Positions 10,013 to 20,449 of a stretch of 64,000 nt of DNA are shown one piece after another (the stretch's first letter is position 1; each line of letters starts with the position of its first letter). The DNA is from Aeromicrobium sp. (GTDB taxonomy: Bacteria > Actinomycetota > Actinomycetes > Propionibacteriales > Nocardioidaceae): contig NZ_JAKFEL010000110.1 in NCBI RefSeq assembly GCF_036675695.1, positions 839 to 64,838 on the forward strand. The letters are read 5' to 3'. The position numbers were made by a program, and so were the translations under genes. A model generated the notes under the pieces. It saw only the letters and a program-made list of their open reading frames with translations, ran no database searches and was not told where the DNA came from.

Positions 10013-10828
10013 GTGCTCCGAATCGCCACCGTCAACGTCAACGGCATCCGTGCCGCCTACAACAAGAACCGCGGACAGACGAGCGGGATGGCCGAATGGT
10101 TGGTCGAACGCGACGCCGACATCGTGACGTTGCAGGAAGTACGCGCACCGGACGAGATCGTTCGCGAGCTCACTGCTGGGGCCGGCTACCACGTGGTGCA
10201 CACCGAAGCGGCTGCCAAGGGGCGTGCCGGTGTCGCGGTGCTGAGCCGCGCCGAGCCGACCGCCGTGCGCACCGGCAACGGTGATGACTTCTTCGACGAC
10301 TCGGGCCGCTGGATCGAGTCCGACATCCCACTTTCGGACGGATCCACGCTCACCGCGATCTCGGCCTACGCGCACTCGGGCGAGGCCGGAACCCCCCGCC
10401 AGCTGGAGAAATACCGCTTCTTCGACCAGATGCACACCCGTCTGGAAGCCATCAATGACTCCGGCAACCACGGTCTGCTGACGGGTGATCTCAACGTGGC
10501 CCACACCGAACGCGACATCCGCAACTGGAAGGGCAACCTCAAGAAGGCTGGCTTCCTGCCCGAAGAGCGCGCCTACTTCGACCGGTTCGCAGACGAGCTC
10601 GGCTGGGTCGATGTGCACCGCCACCTCGCCGGCGACGTTGACGGGCCCTACACCTGGTGGTCCATGCGAGGCCAAGCATTCGACACTGACACCGGTTGGC
10701 GCATCGACTACCAAATCGCGACGCCCAAGCTCGCCGCCACCGCGCGTACGGCGACTGTCGACCGGGCTGTCAGCTGGGCCGAGCGCTGGTCTGACCACGC
10801 TCCCCTCGTCATCGACTACGACATCTAG
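10013..10828 (+). CDS. xth: Exodeoxyribonuclease III / AP endonuclease
   Basis: IATVNVNGIRAA, LQEVR, GDLNVAH, YTWWS.R, GWRIDY, SDHAP. Confidence 0.92.
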   Translation: MLRIATVNVNGIRAAYNKNRGQTSGMAEWLVERDADIVTLQEVRAPDEIVRELTAGAGYHVVHTEAAAKGRAGVAVLSRAEPTAVRTGNGDDFFDDSGRWIESDIPLSDGSTLTAISAYAHSGEAGTPRQLEKYRFFDQMHTRLEAINDSGNHGLLTGDLNVAHTERDIRNWKGNLKKAGFLPEERAYFDRFADELGWVDVHRHLAGDVDGPYTWWSMRGQAFDTDTGWRIDYQIATPKLAATARTATVDRAVSWAERWSDHAPLVIDYDI

Positions 10829-10830
10829 GC

Positions 10831-12048
10831 ATGTCCGACTCCCTCGATCGTCGCCTCGGCCTGGTTGGTTCGGTCGCGATCGGTATGAGCGCCATGATCG
10901 GCGCTGGGTTGTTCGTCGTATTCCCTCCCGCAGTCGACGCAGCTGGAGACGGTCTCCTTCTCGCGCTCGGCCTCGCCGCGATCATCGCCGTCTGCAACGC
11001 CTTCTCTTCCGCGCAGCTCGCAAGCCTCTACCCCGTCGCCGGCGGCACGTATGTCTACGGGCGGGAACGGCTGGGCCCGTTCTGGGGCTACCTAGCCGGC
11101 TGGGCGTTTGTCGCGGGCAAGCTCGCGTCCTGCGCTGCGATGGCCTTCGCCGTCGGCACCTACGTCTGGCCCGAGCATGCCCGCACGCTCGCAGTCGCCA
11201 CGGTCGTCACCGTCATCGCGATCAATCTTCTCGGCGTCGAGAAGTCAGCGTCCGCGGCGGTGGTGATCGTGAGCGTTGTGGTCGCTGTCGTGACACTGGC
11301 AGTCGTGCTGCTGTTTGCCGGACCACGCGCGCCGGACACATCGGCTGGCCAAGCCAGCGCCAGCGGAGTGCTGCACGCGGCTGCGCTCCTGTTCTTCGCG
11401 TTCGCGGGCTATGCCCGTCTCGCGACACTCGGCGAGGAGGTACGCGACCCCGCTCGTACGATCCCTCGCGCAATCGCCACGTCGCTCGTCCTGGTCGTGT
11501 CGCTCTACGCAGTTGTCGCGCTCGCTCTCAACCACGCGCTGGGTGCCAAGGATCTCGCTGACTCTGCGCGGCCATTCGTTGACGCCCTCGATGCCGTCGG
11601 GCGAAGCAACGTCGCACCCGTCATCCAGGTAGTGGCTGCTGTGGCAGCCGGCGGTGCACTGTTGTCTCTCGCGCTGGGGGTCTCCCGGACGATGTTCGCG
11701 ATGGCTCGAGACGGTCACCTGCCACGGGCAGTGACGCTGCTCAGCGGCTCCTCGCGCGTACCCCGCGCCGCAGAGCTCTGCGCCGGCGCCTTGATCATCG
11801 CTCTGGTGTTGCTCGGCGATCTCGGTATGAGCATCGCGTTCTCGTCGTTCTGTGTGCTGCTCTACTACGCCATTGCCAACGCCGCGGCCTGGACATTGCC
11901 CACCGCCTGGCCGCAACGCGCCATCGCCGCGATCGGCTTCGTCGGATGCATCGTTCTGGCGTTCAGCCTCACAATGCCGACCATCGGTGCGGGCTGCACC
12001 GTGGTCGGCATCGGAGCGGTCATCTACTTCGCGCGTGTCGCCCGCTGA
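10831..12048 (+). CDS. APC family amino-acid permease
   Basis: GMSAMIGAGLF, GGTYVYGR, FFAFAGY...GEE; about 12 TM helices. Confidence 0.85.
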   Translation: MSDSLDRRLGLVGSVAIGMSAMIGAGLFVVFPPAVDAAGDGLLLALGLAAIIAVCNAFSSAQLASLYPVAGGTYVYGRERLGPFWGYLAGWAFVAGKLASCAAMAFAVGTYVWPEHARTLAVATVVTVIAINLLGVEKSASAAVVIVSVVVAVVTLAVVLLFAGPRAPDTSAGQASASGVLHAAALLFFAFAGYARLATLGEEVRDPARTIPRAIATSLVLVVSLYAVVALALNHALGAKDLADSARPFVDALDAVGRSNVAPVIQVVAAVAAGGALLSLALGVSRTMFAMARDGHLPRAVTLLSGSSRVPRAAELCAGALIIALVLLGDLGMSIAFSSFCVLLYYAIANAAAWTLPTAWPQRAIAAIGFVGCIVLAFSLTMPTIGAGCTVVGIGAVIYFARVAR

Positions 12049-12131
12049 GGAACCCCCCGATCCCCTCAACGGGCCACCCACCCAAGGGAGCCGCGCACCC
12101 CCTGATGCGCGGCCCCCGACCGTGGTGAAGG

Positions 12132-14519
12132 TCAGTTGAACCTGACCTTCATGCTGGTGCCATCCTCCGAGAGGACCCGAACCTTGACGCCAGCTGCGGG
12201 CAGCTTGACGCCGTGGTTGGGGAGCTGCGCAAACCAGTACTTCTTGGTGTCGTCGAACAGCGGCTTGGCAGCCTGACCCCGGATGTAGCTCGGAACGCCG
12301 TTGGTGTGCAGCGTCATCGAGTCAGCCTTGTGCAGCGAGAACGGCGCGTCGTACATCTGGATTCGCGCCCGCCACGGTGCGCCCGTTGCCTTGTTGATGA
12401 TTGGCGTCGGGTTGGCATCGATGGGCAGGTTGCGGCCCGTTCCTGCGTGCTGGTTGGTGTTGTTGTCGCCGACTGAGGTGTCCCAGTAGGAGATCAACAG
12501 ACCGTGACCGTACTTGTAGTGCTCGACCCAGTCCGGCTTCGTGTTGTTGAAGCCGAAGTTGTAGGGACCAGTCTTCAAGTAGCGGTCATATGAGACGTAC
12601 GAACGGTGACCCATGACGTAGTAGTTGTCGAACAGCGACGTCGTTGTGGCTCCAACGATCGAGAACCCATCGAGCTCCCACGCCGTTCCGCCGTCCTCAG
12701 CACCGTCCTCCAACAGGGTTTCGGCACCAGCCGACACTTTGATGTCATCGGCATACAGGCCGGGAAGCGCCAGACCACCGTCGGTCTTGTAGTAGAGGCG
12801 TAGCTTGATGGCCTGGCCGTCATACGCGCCAAGCGGCACGTTGAGGTCAGCCCACGTCTCCTGCTCACCGTCGATCGCCGGACGCCCTGAGGTGTCGACA
12901 CCAATGGGCGCGCCGTTGATCGTGCCGTCCAGCGAGGTCCAGTTGTCTCCGCCATCGGTGGAGGCCTGAACGTACGCGTAGTCATAGTCTTCTTCGATCG
13001 AGTAGCGGACCTTGGCGGTCAGCAATCCACCGGTCTTGCCGGTGAGGTCGACGTCAGTCGTCTGCGAGTTGGCGAGATCGTCGCCGCTGCCGGAGAAGAA
13101 CTGCTTCGTTCCGGAGGCCGGCGCACCGTTGTCGGTGGTGACCTCCTTCTTGGGCAGTACGACGACCGCACCCTGAGCCTTGGCAGTGTTGTACTCCTGC
13201 GGGCCCATCACGATCGTCTTCTCCTGGTGCGTGCTCAGCGTCTCGTAGTCGAGCCAGCCGAGCTGCAGCTTCTCCCACGCGCCGAGGTCGCCGGCTCGCG
13301 TACCGAGAGGTTCACCCGCCGCATTGAGTCGACTCTGCGCCATCAACGTCCAATACTCATTGGAGTTGTCGCCGCCACCTGATGTGTCGTACGCGTCCGG
13401 GAGGCCGAGGTCGTGTCCGTACTCGTGGACGAAGACCGACAGGCCGCCGTTTTCGGGCTGGACCGTGTAGTCGCCGACCCAGAGGCCGGTTTCGCCAACC
13501 TCGGTGCCGCCGAGCGGGTTCTGAGCCGGGCCGGTGAATCCGGCGTCGGTCAGGAATGCGTACCAGCGGTGCGACCAGATGGCGTCCTCGCCCTGCTGCG
13601 GGTCACCATCAGCCTCGTCGCCACCTGCGTGGACGATCTGGAAGTGGTCGAGGTAGCCGTCCGGCTCGTTGAAGTCGCCGTCACCGTCGAAGTCGTAGCG
13701 GTCGTACTTGTCGTACTCCGCCATCGCCGTCTTGATCTCGGCGTCGGTCTTTCCGGCAGCGTGCTGCTGCTCGACCCATGAAGCGAGCGCATCTCGGATG
13801 AGGTCCCAGGTCGTGGCGTCCTCGCGGCCGTAGCGGGCCTCGTTGTAGGGCACCTTGACCCAGTCAGAGACCTGGCCGTCGACGGAGTAGCGACCCGACG
13901 ACTGCGTCTTGTAGTAGGTCGAGAGCGACTCGGCGCCAGCGGACTTCTTGAAGTAGAGGTCCTGGAAGTGCTGCTGGTTGAAGTCGGACTGCCAGACCGT
14001 CGTGTTGTCCTTGCTGCGGTCAGGCTCGGGGATCTTGTTGTGAAGCGGACCTTCGAAGGTCGTCGGACCGGGGGTGTCGGGGTCTGTGTCGACATCCGGG
14101 AAGTCAGGATGACGTTCGTTGCCGAACTCGACGAGGATCACGAAGACCTTGTCGGCGCGTTCCTGCGACAGCTCGACGTACTGATCGCGCGTCTTGCCCG
14201 CCTTCCGGCTCTCGTAGGTCGAAGCCTTCTGGTTGGCCCGGCGAGCGGCTTCGGCGGGACTGACACCCTTGCCGACCTTGACGACGGTGCTTCCGTCCTT
14301 CTCGACGGCCTTCAGGTCGCCATTGAGAACACCTGTGAGAGCGGTCTCTCGCAGCGCTCGGCGCTTGTCCTCCAGAGGGTTGGGCAACTCGTCTTTCTTG
14401 TCAGCGCGATCGCTGCCGGAGACGGGTGGTGAGGACTGGGCTGTACTCGGAGCCGCATAAGCGAGACCAAGCGAGGCCGCGAGTCCTAGGCCGACAAGGC
14501 CTGAGGTCACACGCTTCAC
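12132..14519 (-). CDS. Secreted M6 family metalloprotease (immune inhibitor A-like)
   Basis: Signal peptide from GTG 14519, DHFQIVHAG, HEYGHDLGLPDAYD zinc motif. Confidence 0.88.
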   Translation of the reverse strand: MKRVTSGLVGLGLAASLGLAYAAPSTAQSSPPVSGSDRADKKDELPNPLEDKRRALRETALTGVLNGDLKAVEKDGSTVVKVGKGVSPAEAARRANQKASTYESRKAGKTRDQYVELSQERADKVFVILVEFGNERHPDFPDVDTDPDTPGPTTFEGPLHNKIPEPDRSKDNTTVWQSDFNQQHFQDLYFKKSAGAESLSTYYKTQSSGRYSVDGQVSDWVKVPYNEARYGREDATTWDLIRDALASWVEQQHAAGKTDAEIKTAMAEYDKYDRYDFDGDGDFNEPDGYLDHFQIVHAGGDEADGDPQQGEDAIWSHRWYAFLTDAGFTGPAQNPLGGTEVGETGLWVGDYTVQPENGGLSVFVHEYGHDLGLPDAYDTSGGGDNSNEYWTLMAQSRLNAAGEPLGTRAGDLGAWEKLQLGWLDYETLSTHQEKTIVMGPQEYNTAKAQGAVVVLPKKEVTTDNGAPASGTKQFFSGSGDDLANSQTTDVDLTGKTGGLLTAKVRYSIEEDYDYAYVQASTDGGDNWTSLDGTINGAPIGVDTSGRPAIDGEQETWADLNVPLGAYDGQAIKLRLYYKTDGGLALPGLYADDIKVSAGAETLLEDGAEDGGTAWELDGFSIVGATTTSLFDNYYVMGHRSYVSYDRYLKTGPYNFGFNNTKPDWVEHYKYGHGLLISYWDTSVGDNNTNQHAGTGRNLPIDANPTPIINKATGAPWRARIQMYDAPFSLHKADSMTLHTNGVPSYIRGQAAKPLFDDTKKYWFAQLPNHGVKLPAAGVKVRVLSEDGTSMKVRFN

Positions 14520-14775
14520 TATTTTCCCCCTACTTACTGATAAAGGTCGGACGGTCGTCCGGCCGGTTAGTGAGCACACCCTTGTGGGGAGTGCGTCGGC
14601 ACAACGTGCTCAACTTAGGCAACTTTCAGGAAGATCGGCAGTCTTGACTTAGGTATGAACTAGTTATAAAGAACTAGTTCGACACCCCTCCCCTTCCCTC
14701 AAATGACTAGTTCTTACGAGTCAGGAATTCCCGACCACTGCGTGCGTATTTTGGCCCGCAAGGGAGGGAGACCCT

Positions 14776-15228
14776 ATGAAGATTCGCAATGTTTTGTCCT
14801 GCTTGGCCTTGTCTGTTGGCCTCCTCGTAGCGCTGCCGGGAACTGCAAATGCAGCTGCCTCGGACGACTACGAGGCGCAGGTGATCACCTCAACCAACAA
14901 TTACCGGGTCAAGTACGACCGGGTGCCGCTCAAGACCGCATCATGTGTCGACTATTACGCCGAGCGCCATGCAAAGTGGATGGCGGTCAACCAGACCATG
15001 AAGCACCAGAGCATGAGCAGGATCCTGTCTGCCTGCAAGCTCAGCCGCGTGGGCGAGAACATCGCCTACGGCTATTCGAGCGGTCAGAGTGTGGTGTACG
15101 CCTGGATGAGGTCAACGGGTCACCGAGCCAACATCCTCAAGTCCAGCTATCGACAGATAGGTGTGGGTGCGTACCAGGACTCCAGGGGTCGTTGGTGGGT
15201 CTCACAGGTATTCGGTAGGCGGGCCTAG
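14776..15228 (+). CDS. Secreted CAP/SCP domain protein
   Basis: Signal peptide; GENIAYG, WMRSTGHRANIL, IGVG; RBS GGAGGGAG. Confidence 0.88.
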   Translation: MKIRNVLSCLALSVGLLVALPGTANAAASDDYEAQVITSTNNYRVKYDRVPLKTASCVDYYAERHAKWMAVNQTMKHQSMSRILSACKLSRVGENIAYGYSSGQSVVYAWMRSTGHRANILKSSYRQIGVGAYQDSRGRWWVSQVFGRRA

Positions 15229-15438
15229 CACTGTTACGGGCTCATGAAACCTTGGCTCAGATAACGGAAAACACTTGCTTTTGGCCCGGGGCGGTGCCCT
15301 AGGGTTGATCGCAGTTGCACGACGTTGGCCGTACGAGATGAGTTCCTTTCGGGGTGTTTGTTCTTCTCAAGGTTGGATGTACGTCGCGACAGCCACTCGC
15401 GAAAGTCGGGGGTGGCAACTCGCCAAGAGGAGTACGAC

Positions 15439-15642
15439 ATGGCAACAGGAACCGTCAAGTGGTTCAACGCTGACAAGGGCTTCGGATTCATTGCGCCCGA
15501 CGACGGCAGCGAAGACGTATTCGCGCACTTCAGCGCGATTCAGTCGAGTGGCTACCGCTCGCTGAACGAGAACCAGAAGGTCGAATTCGACGTCGAGCAG
15601 GGCCAGAAGGGTCTGCAGGCAGCGAACATCCGGCCCCTCTAA
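15439..15642 (+). CDS. cspA: Cold-shock protein
   Basis: [18 protein letters not shown]...[12 protein letters not shown]1/RNP2; RBS GAGGAG. Confidence 0.95.
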   Translation: MATGTVKWFNADKGFGFIAPDDGSEDVFAHFSAIQSSGYRSLNENQKVEFDVEQGQKGLQAANIRPL

Positions 15643-15709
15643 GCAAGCCGACAGGCTCGCGTGAGGTCGGGGCCGGCTTGCCGTCCCCTCTGAATCTCAG
15701 AGAACGTAG

Positions 15710-15739
15710 AAAACCCCCGGAGCGTGCTCCGGGGGTTTT
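15710..15739. terminator. Intrinsic terminator after csp gene
   Basis: AAAACCCCCGGAGC-GT-GCTCCGGGGGTTTT hairpin with T tails on both strands. Confidence 0.8.
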
Positions 15740-15758
15740 CGCATTCGGGGAAGCCGGT

Positions 15759-15929
15759 TCAGATGTGCCCGCCCTCGTCCCAGGCGTGCCGACCAAACTC
15801 CGCTGCCGTGGCGATGTAGCTCACGTCGCTGTCGGGGTGACCGCCAAGCGTCGTCAAGCGGTGCGCGGGGAATCGCTTTGCTGCCTCGCGGACCTGTGCG
15901 GGGTCGATGTCGAACGAAGAGTCATCCAT
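15759..15929 (-). CDS. Putative small protein, 56 aa (below ORF-track cut-off)
   Basis: Read by hand: MDDSSFDIDPAQVREAAKRFPAHRLTTLGGHPDSDVSYIATAAEFGRHAWDEGGHI*; mostly G/C third positions; ends at the bidirectional terminator. Confidence 0.45.
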   Translation of the reverse strand: MDDSSFDIDPAQVREAAKRFPAHRLTTLGGHPDSDVSYIATAAEFGRHAWDEGGHI

Positions 15930-16036
15930 AAAGCCGAGGTTATCCTCATGTTCGAGACGGCAAAACCCTTACTGATCGGTAGTTTTGGTTGATTTGCCGG
16001 TAATGACCGTCAGTCGCCCGAGCCGTTCGACTTACC

Positions 16037-16124
16037 GGGTTTCGATACGCTCGTTCCTCGCTACTCAACCACCTGGTGGTTGAGTAGCGAGGCCGCCCGC
16101 GGCCGACGTATCGAAACCTCGTGA
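16037..16124. repeat. REP-like inverted doublet R2 (B reverse + A forward)
   Basis: GGGTTTCGATACG-CTCGTTCCTCG-CTACTCAACCACC-T-GGTGGTTGAGTAG-CGAGGCCGCCCGCGGCCGA-CGTATCGAAACC-TCGTGA. Confidence 0.92.
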
Positions 16125-16137
16125 GCCGAAAGGCTTG

Positions 16138-17235
16138 CTAGAGCGTCACACGGAGGATGCGGTCATCATCTGAGGCAGGCCGACCTCGGCTGTCGGTGTT
16201 GCTGGTCGTGACCCACAGCGACTTGTCGGGCGCGACGACGACATCGCGGATGCGTCCGTACTTCCCCGTGAACAGCGCCTTGGGCTTGCCGGCCGACTCG
16301 CCGTCGAGCGGGATCATCCAGAGGCGTTCACCCCTCAGCGCTGCCATGAATGCAGTGGAGCGGGTGATCGCGAGTCCGGCGGGAGATGCCTCATCAGTGC
16401 TCCAGGTGACCTTGGGAGACACAAAGCCCGGGTCGTCTGACTCCCCCTCGAACCGCGGCCACCCGTAGTTCTTGCCCTTCTCGATCAGGTTGAGCTCGTC
16501 TCGCGAGTCCTGGCCGAACTCCGACGCCCACAGGCGTCCGTCGGCGTCGAATGCCAGACCTTCGATGTTGCGGTGCCCGTACGACCACACCTCGTTGTCG
16601 AACGGGTTGCCGTTTGCCGCACGTCCATCCTTGTCGAGCCGGAGGATCGAACCGTTCGGGCCGTTGCGGTCCTGTGCGTCCTCGGGAACTGCGCCGTCGC
16701 CGATGGCCAGGAAGAGGTGCCCACTGCCGTCGAACACCAGTCGCCCGCCGTGGTGATTGGCCGCCGAGCGCACGCCGGTGAGGAGCGGCTCGGGGCGGCT
16801 GATCCGGTTGCCGTTCACGCTGAGCCGCACGAGGCGGTCGTCAGAGCTGGTGCTCATGTACGCGTACAGCACCGACTCGTCGTCTGGATCGAGCGCGATG
16901 CCCATCAGGCCGCCCTCGCTGGTGGCGGAATCGGCGCCTTGGACGGGTCCGAGGTCGGTGACCTCGCCGTCAGGATCGATGCGCACAATGGATCCAGCGT
17001 CGCGCTGCGACACGTACGCCGCACCACTGGCGAGGAACGCAATGCCCCACGGAACGTTGAGCCCGGTCGCGATCGTGGACGCCACCTTGGGGTTCACCGC
17101 TCCGTCCGGGGTGGTCGCTGATGGCGTTGGTGTGGTCTGTGTTGGCGTCGTTGGCTTGTCGTCGCTGCTGCAGCCGATCAGGGACGCGGCGCCAACCGCT
17201 GCAATGCCGGTGAGGAACGTGCGCCGTTCGATCAT
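16138..17235 (-). CDS. PQQ-dependent sugar dehydrogenase (glucose/sorbosone family), Tat lipoprotein
   Basis: ERRTFL Tat motif, LIGC lipobox, EGGLMGIA, HHGGRL.F, SYGHRN.EG. Confidence 0.85.
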   Translation of the reverse strand: MIERRTFLTGIAAVGAASLIGCSSDDKPTTPTQTTPTPSATTPDGAVNPKVASTIATGLNVPWGIAFLASGAAYVSQRDAGSIVRIDPDGEVTDLGPVQGADSATSEGGLMGIALDPDDESVLYAYMSTSSDDRLVRLSVNGNRISRPEPLLTGVRSAANHHGGRLVFDGSGHLFLAIGDGAVPEDAQDRNGPNGSILRLDKDGRAANGNPFDNEVWSYGHRNIEGLAFDADGRLWASEFGQDSRDELNLIEKGKNYGWPRFEGESDDPGFVSPKVTWSTDEASPAGLAITRSTAFMAALRGERLWMIPLDGESAGKPKALFTGKYGRIRDVVVAPDKSLWVTTSNTDSRGRPASDDDRILRVTL

Positions 17236-17289
17236 GGGCTCGATCATGCCCGGTCGGGACAACTAGTCACAACGAACTAGAATGAGTCA

Positions 17290-18777
17290 ATGCCTGCAAC
17301 ACTCTCGGATCGCTATCGCCTGGACGCTCTCATCGGCGACGGCGGCATGGGCGAAGTGTGGAAGGCACACGATCCGGTGCTCGATCGCGTCGTCGCCGTG
17401 AAGGTCATCCGGCCGCATCTTGCCGGCGACACCAGGATCCGCGAGCGACTCCGTACGGAAGCGCAGCTTGCTGGGTCTCTGCGCCATCCCGGCATCGTGG
17501 ATGTCTTCGACTACGGCGAGCACATCGACGGCGACGGCCGTACGACGCCGTACCTCGTGATGCCGCTCGTTGATGGCGTCACGCTGTCGGAAGTCCTCGC
17601 GTCACGGGGTTCCTTGCCGCTCGGCGAGACCATGTCGATCGTCGCTGAGATGGCGAGCGCACTCCAGACCGCCCACGGGGCTGGCATCGTGCACCGTGAC
17701 CTCAAGCCCGCCAACGTGATGCTCACCGCGTCCGGCCGGGTGATGATCCTCGACTTCGGCATCGCCCGATCGACGGGTGGCGAGTCGCTGACCCAGACCG
17801 GCGCCATGGTCGGCACCGCCGACTACCTCAGCCCGGAGCAGGCTGCGGGCCACCCGGCGACGTACGCCTCCGACCTGTACGCGCTCGGCATCGTCGCGTA
17901 CACCTGCCTCACCGGCGCTCCCCCGTTCCGTCGTGAGACTGATGTCGGTACGGCGCTCGCGCACCTGCATGAGCCAGTTCCGCCCCTGCCTTCCGAACTG
18001 GCGATGGCTGATCCGCTGATCCGGTCGCTGCTGTCGAAGGAGCCGACGCATCGACCCTCCGCCGGTGACGTGGCCGCGATTGCGGCGACGATGGCGACAC
18101 GTCTGCCCACCACCAGCAAGAACAGCACCGAGCACACTCGTACCGACCTGACCCCGCTGCCTCGAGACGACCGTGACACGACGGCGACCATTGACATCGT
18201 TGATGCCAAGCGCCGTCGCCCGCGCAGGGCGCTGTGGATCGCTGCAGCCATGCTCGCGCTGGTCGGCGTGCTCGCTGGCGGATTCGCGTATGCAAACCGC
18301 CCCGTCAAGATCGCGGTGCCGAATGTCGTCGGCATGTCCAGTGTCGAGGCCGCTTCCACCCTCGGCCGTGCCGACCTCACGCTCGAGACCCGCGAGGCCA
18401 ACGTCGCAGGTCACAAGGCAGGCGAGGTCATCAAGCAGTCGGTCAAACCCGGCACCGAAGTTGGCGAGGACGCTCTCGTCGAGCTCACGGTTGCCACCGG
18501 CCTGTTTGCCCTGCCCAAGGATCTCGTCGGCAAGCCGTACGACGAGGCCGCAGCTGCTCTGGAGGATCTCGGACTCAAGGTCAACAAGGCGCAGAAGCTC
18601 TCGCAAGAAGAGTCCGACACCGTCCTGTCGGTCGACCCCTCGGCTCTGGCGAAGGCTGGCGACACGATCACGCTGACGGTGTCCTACTCGTTCTTCGACT
18701 TCGACTTCAACGGCGATGACGACGACCGAGACCGCGACCGCGACCGGGACAAGAAGAACGACGACGACGACGACTAG
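17290..18777 (+). CDS. Ser/Thr protein kinase with TM and two PASTA domains (kinase 1)
   Basis: IGDGGMGEVW, VAVK, HRDLKPANV, DFGIAR, GTADYLSPEQ; TM; VPNVVG/LPKDLVG PASTA repeats. Confidence 0.92.
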   Translation: MPATLSDRYRLDALIGDGGMGEVWKAHDPVLDRVVAVKVIRPHLAGDTRIRERLRTEAQLAGSLRHPGIVDVFDYGEHIDGDGRTTPYLVMPLVDGVTLSEVLASRGSLPLGETMSIVAEMASALQTAHGAGIVHRDLKPANVMLTASGRVMILDFGIARSTGGESLTQTGAMVGTADYLSPEQAAGHPATYASDLYALGIVAYTCLTGAPPFRRETDVGTALAHLHEPVPPLPSELAMADPLIRSLLSKEPTHRPSAGDVAAIAATMATRLPTTSKNSTEHTRTDLTPLPRDDRDTTATIDIVDAKRRRPRRALWIAAAMLALVGVLAGGFAYANRPVKIAVPNVVGMSSVEAASTLGRADLTLETREANVAGHKAGEVIKQSVKPGTEVGEDALVELTVATGLFALPKDLVGKPYDEAAAALEDLGLKVNKAQKLSQEESDTVLSVDPSALAKAGDTITLTVSYSFFDFDFNGDDDDRDRDRDRDKKNDDDDD

Positions 18778-18862
18778 TCACCCAGGTTGGTGGTTGAGTG
18801 ACATGCGGGAATGTTCGTTTGGCCGGGTTTGTTGAATTGGTTGTAGTCAACGAAAGGCAGTC

Positions 18863-19249
18863 ATGAGCACCATCAACCTGACCAAGGACAGCATCGACGA
18901 GGCCGTCTCCGCCGACGGGATCACGTTGGTCGACTGGTGGGCTTCCTGGTGTGGCCCGTGCATGAAGTTCGGCCCCGTCTACGAAGCCGCGAGCGAGCAG
19001 CACCCCGATGTCGTGTTCGCCAAGATCGACACCGAGGCCGAAGGTGAGCTCTCAGGCGCAGCTGGCATCTCCTCGATCCCGACGCTGATGGCATTCCGCG
19101 ACGGCATTCTGGTGTTCTCACAGCCCGGCGCACTCCCGGCTGCGGGCCTCGAGCAGGTCATTCAGGCGGTCAAGGGGCTCGACATGGACGACGTACGTCG
19201 CCAGGTCGCCGAAGCCGAAGCGGCTGAGGCAGCCCAGGCGGAGGTCTGA
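18863..19249 (+). CDS. Thioredoxin
   Basis: WASWCGPC active site, SIPTL. Confidence 0.92.
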   Translation: MSTINLTKDSIDEAVSADGITLVDWWASWCGPCMKFGPVYEAASEQHPDVVFAKIDTEAEGELSGAAGISSIPTLMAFRDGILVFSQPGALPAAGLEQVIQAVKGLDMDDVRRQVAEAEAAEAAQAEV

Positions 19250-20371
19250 CTACTTCAGGGCGTCGAGCACTGCGCCGGTGAAGCTGTTGGGTGAGATCAC
19301 GGTCTGATCCGTCGGCATGGTTCCCATGCGTACGGCCACGACGCCCTTGGACGGCACGACCGAGATGATCTGCTTGCCGAAGCCGAGCGCCCAATAGGCG
19401 TCATCGGGCGCCCGCGGGGCAAGCTGGCCGACGTACGCGTTCTCATCGTTGGTCGAGCCCGTCGCGGTCAACGCGCCGAGTACCGTCCCGGACCGGTTGA
19501 CCCACCACAGCAACCCATACGCGGCGTTGAGCTCGGTGGACGACTTGCCGGTCGCCTCGCCGAGGTAGGTCTCAGAGACGATCCGCTTGCCGTTCCACTC
19601 GCCCCCGCGCATCGTCATGAGGCCGAATCGCGCAAGGTCGAGGCAGGTCGACGAGATGCCCGCGTACGTCGACGTGTGCAGCGATCGATCAGGGATCCAC
19701 GTGGTGTTGGACATGCCGAGCGGACCGAACAGGTGTGTTGCCGCATACGCAGCCGGCTCCTGCCCGGTCGCCGCCCTCAGCACCGCAGCGAGGGTTTGGA
19801 TCGCTGAGTTGTTGTAGTGCCAGACGTTGCCGGGTTCGGCGTCTTGCTTGAGCCCGACGGCGAAGGCAGTCTTGTCGACGGCGCGGGCTGCCATACCGAT
19901 GTAGTCGGTCTCGAAGTCCCAGTGACGACCTGAGTCGTTGGACAGCAGGTTGCGGATCGTGACGTCTTCGGACGGCGTGCCGATCCATTCGGGGATGTAC
20001 TTCGATGCCTTGTCGTCGAGCGACAACTTGCCCTGGTCTTGGGCGATGCCGACGAGAACTGACGTGAACGACTTGGTCACCGAGAACACCGGCTTCTTGG
20101 TGTCGGCCTTGGATCCGCGCCAGTACTTCTCATGCACGAGCTTGCCGTCGCGGGTCACGACCTCACAGTTCGAGCGGTTGCCGGCGAGCAGCCGGTCGAG
20201 CTTCCTCAGCCCCGAGCGCTCGAATCCAGCCCCATCAGGATCGATGGTGTCCCACTGCTCTCCCGGATCCACGGTCGCCGTCGGAACCGGCTTGGGTGCC
20301 GGCGCGTCACCCGAGCAGCCACTGAACAGTGCCATCGCGGCGATGACCGCCACAGCGGCGCGGAACGTCAT
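19250..20371 (-). CDS. Lipoprotein serine hydrolase, beta-lactamase/PBP-like family (copy 1)
   Basis: FSGC lipobox, SVTK (SxxK), YNN (YxN), LDDKASKYIPEW. Confidence 0.85.
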   Translation of the reverse strand: MTFRAAVAVIAAMALFSGCSGDAPAPKPVPTATVDPGEQWDTIDPDGAGFERSGLRKLDRLLAGNRSNCEVVTRDGKLVHEKYWRGSKADTKKPVFSVTKSFTSVLVGIAQDQGKLSLDDKASKYIPEWIGTPSEDVTIRNLLSNDSGRHWDFETDYIGMAARAVDKTAFAVGLKQDAEPGNVWHYNNSAIQTLAAVLRAATGQEPAAYAATHLFGPLGMSNTTWIPDRSLHTSTYAGISSTCLDLARFGLMTMRGGEWNGKRIVSETYLGEATGKSSTELNAAYGLLWWVNRSGTVLGALTATGSTNDENAYVGQLAPRAPDDAYWALGFGKQIISVVPSKGVVAVRMGTMPTDQTVISPNSFTGAVLDALK

Positions 20372-20449
20372 AGTTCATTGTCGCTTGAGGGGCGGTCACG
20401 GCGGCCCGCTCAACAGGAGAAGTCTGCCAATCCGGCATACCGTTGGTCG

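Noticed and set aside
18716-18774. (GACCGC)n / (GAC)n microsatellite at the end of kinase 1
   Set aside because: It simply encodes a low-complexity Asp/Arg tail; there is no evidence of a contingency locus.
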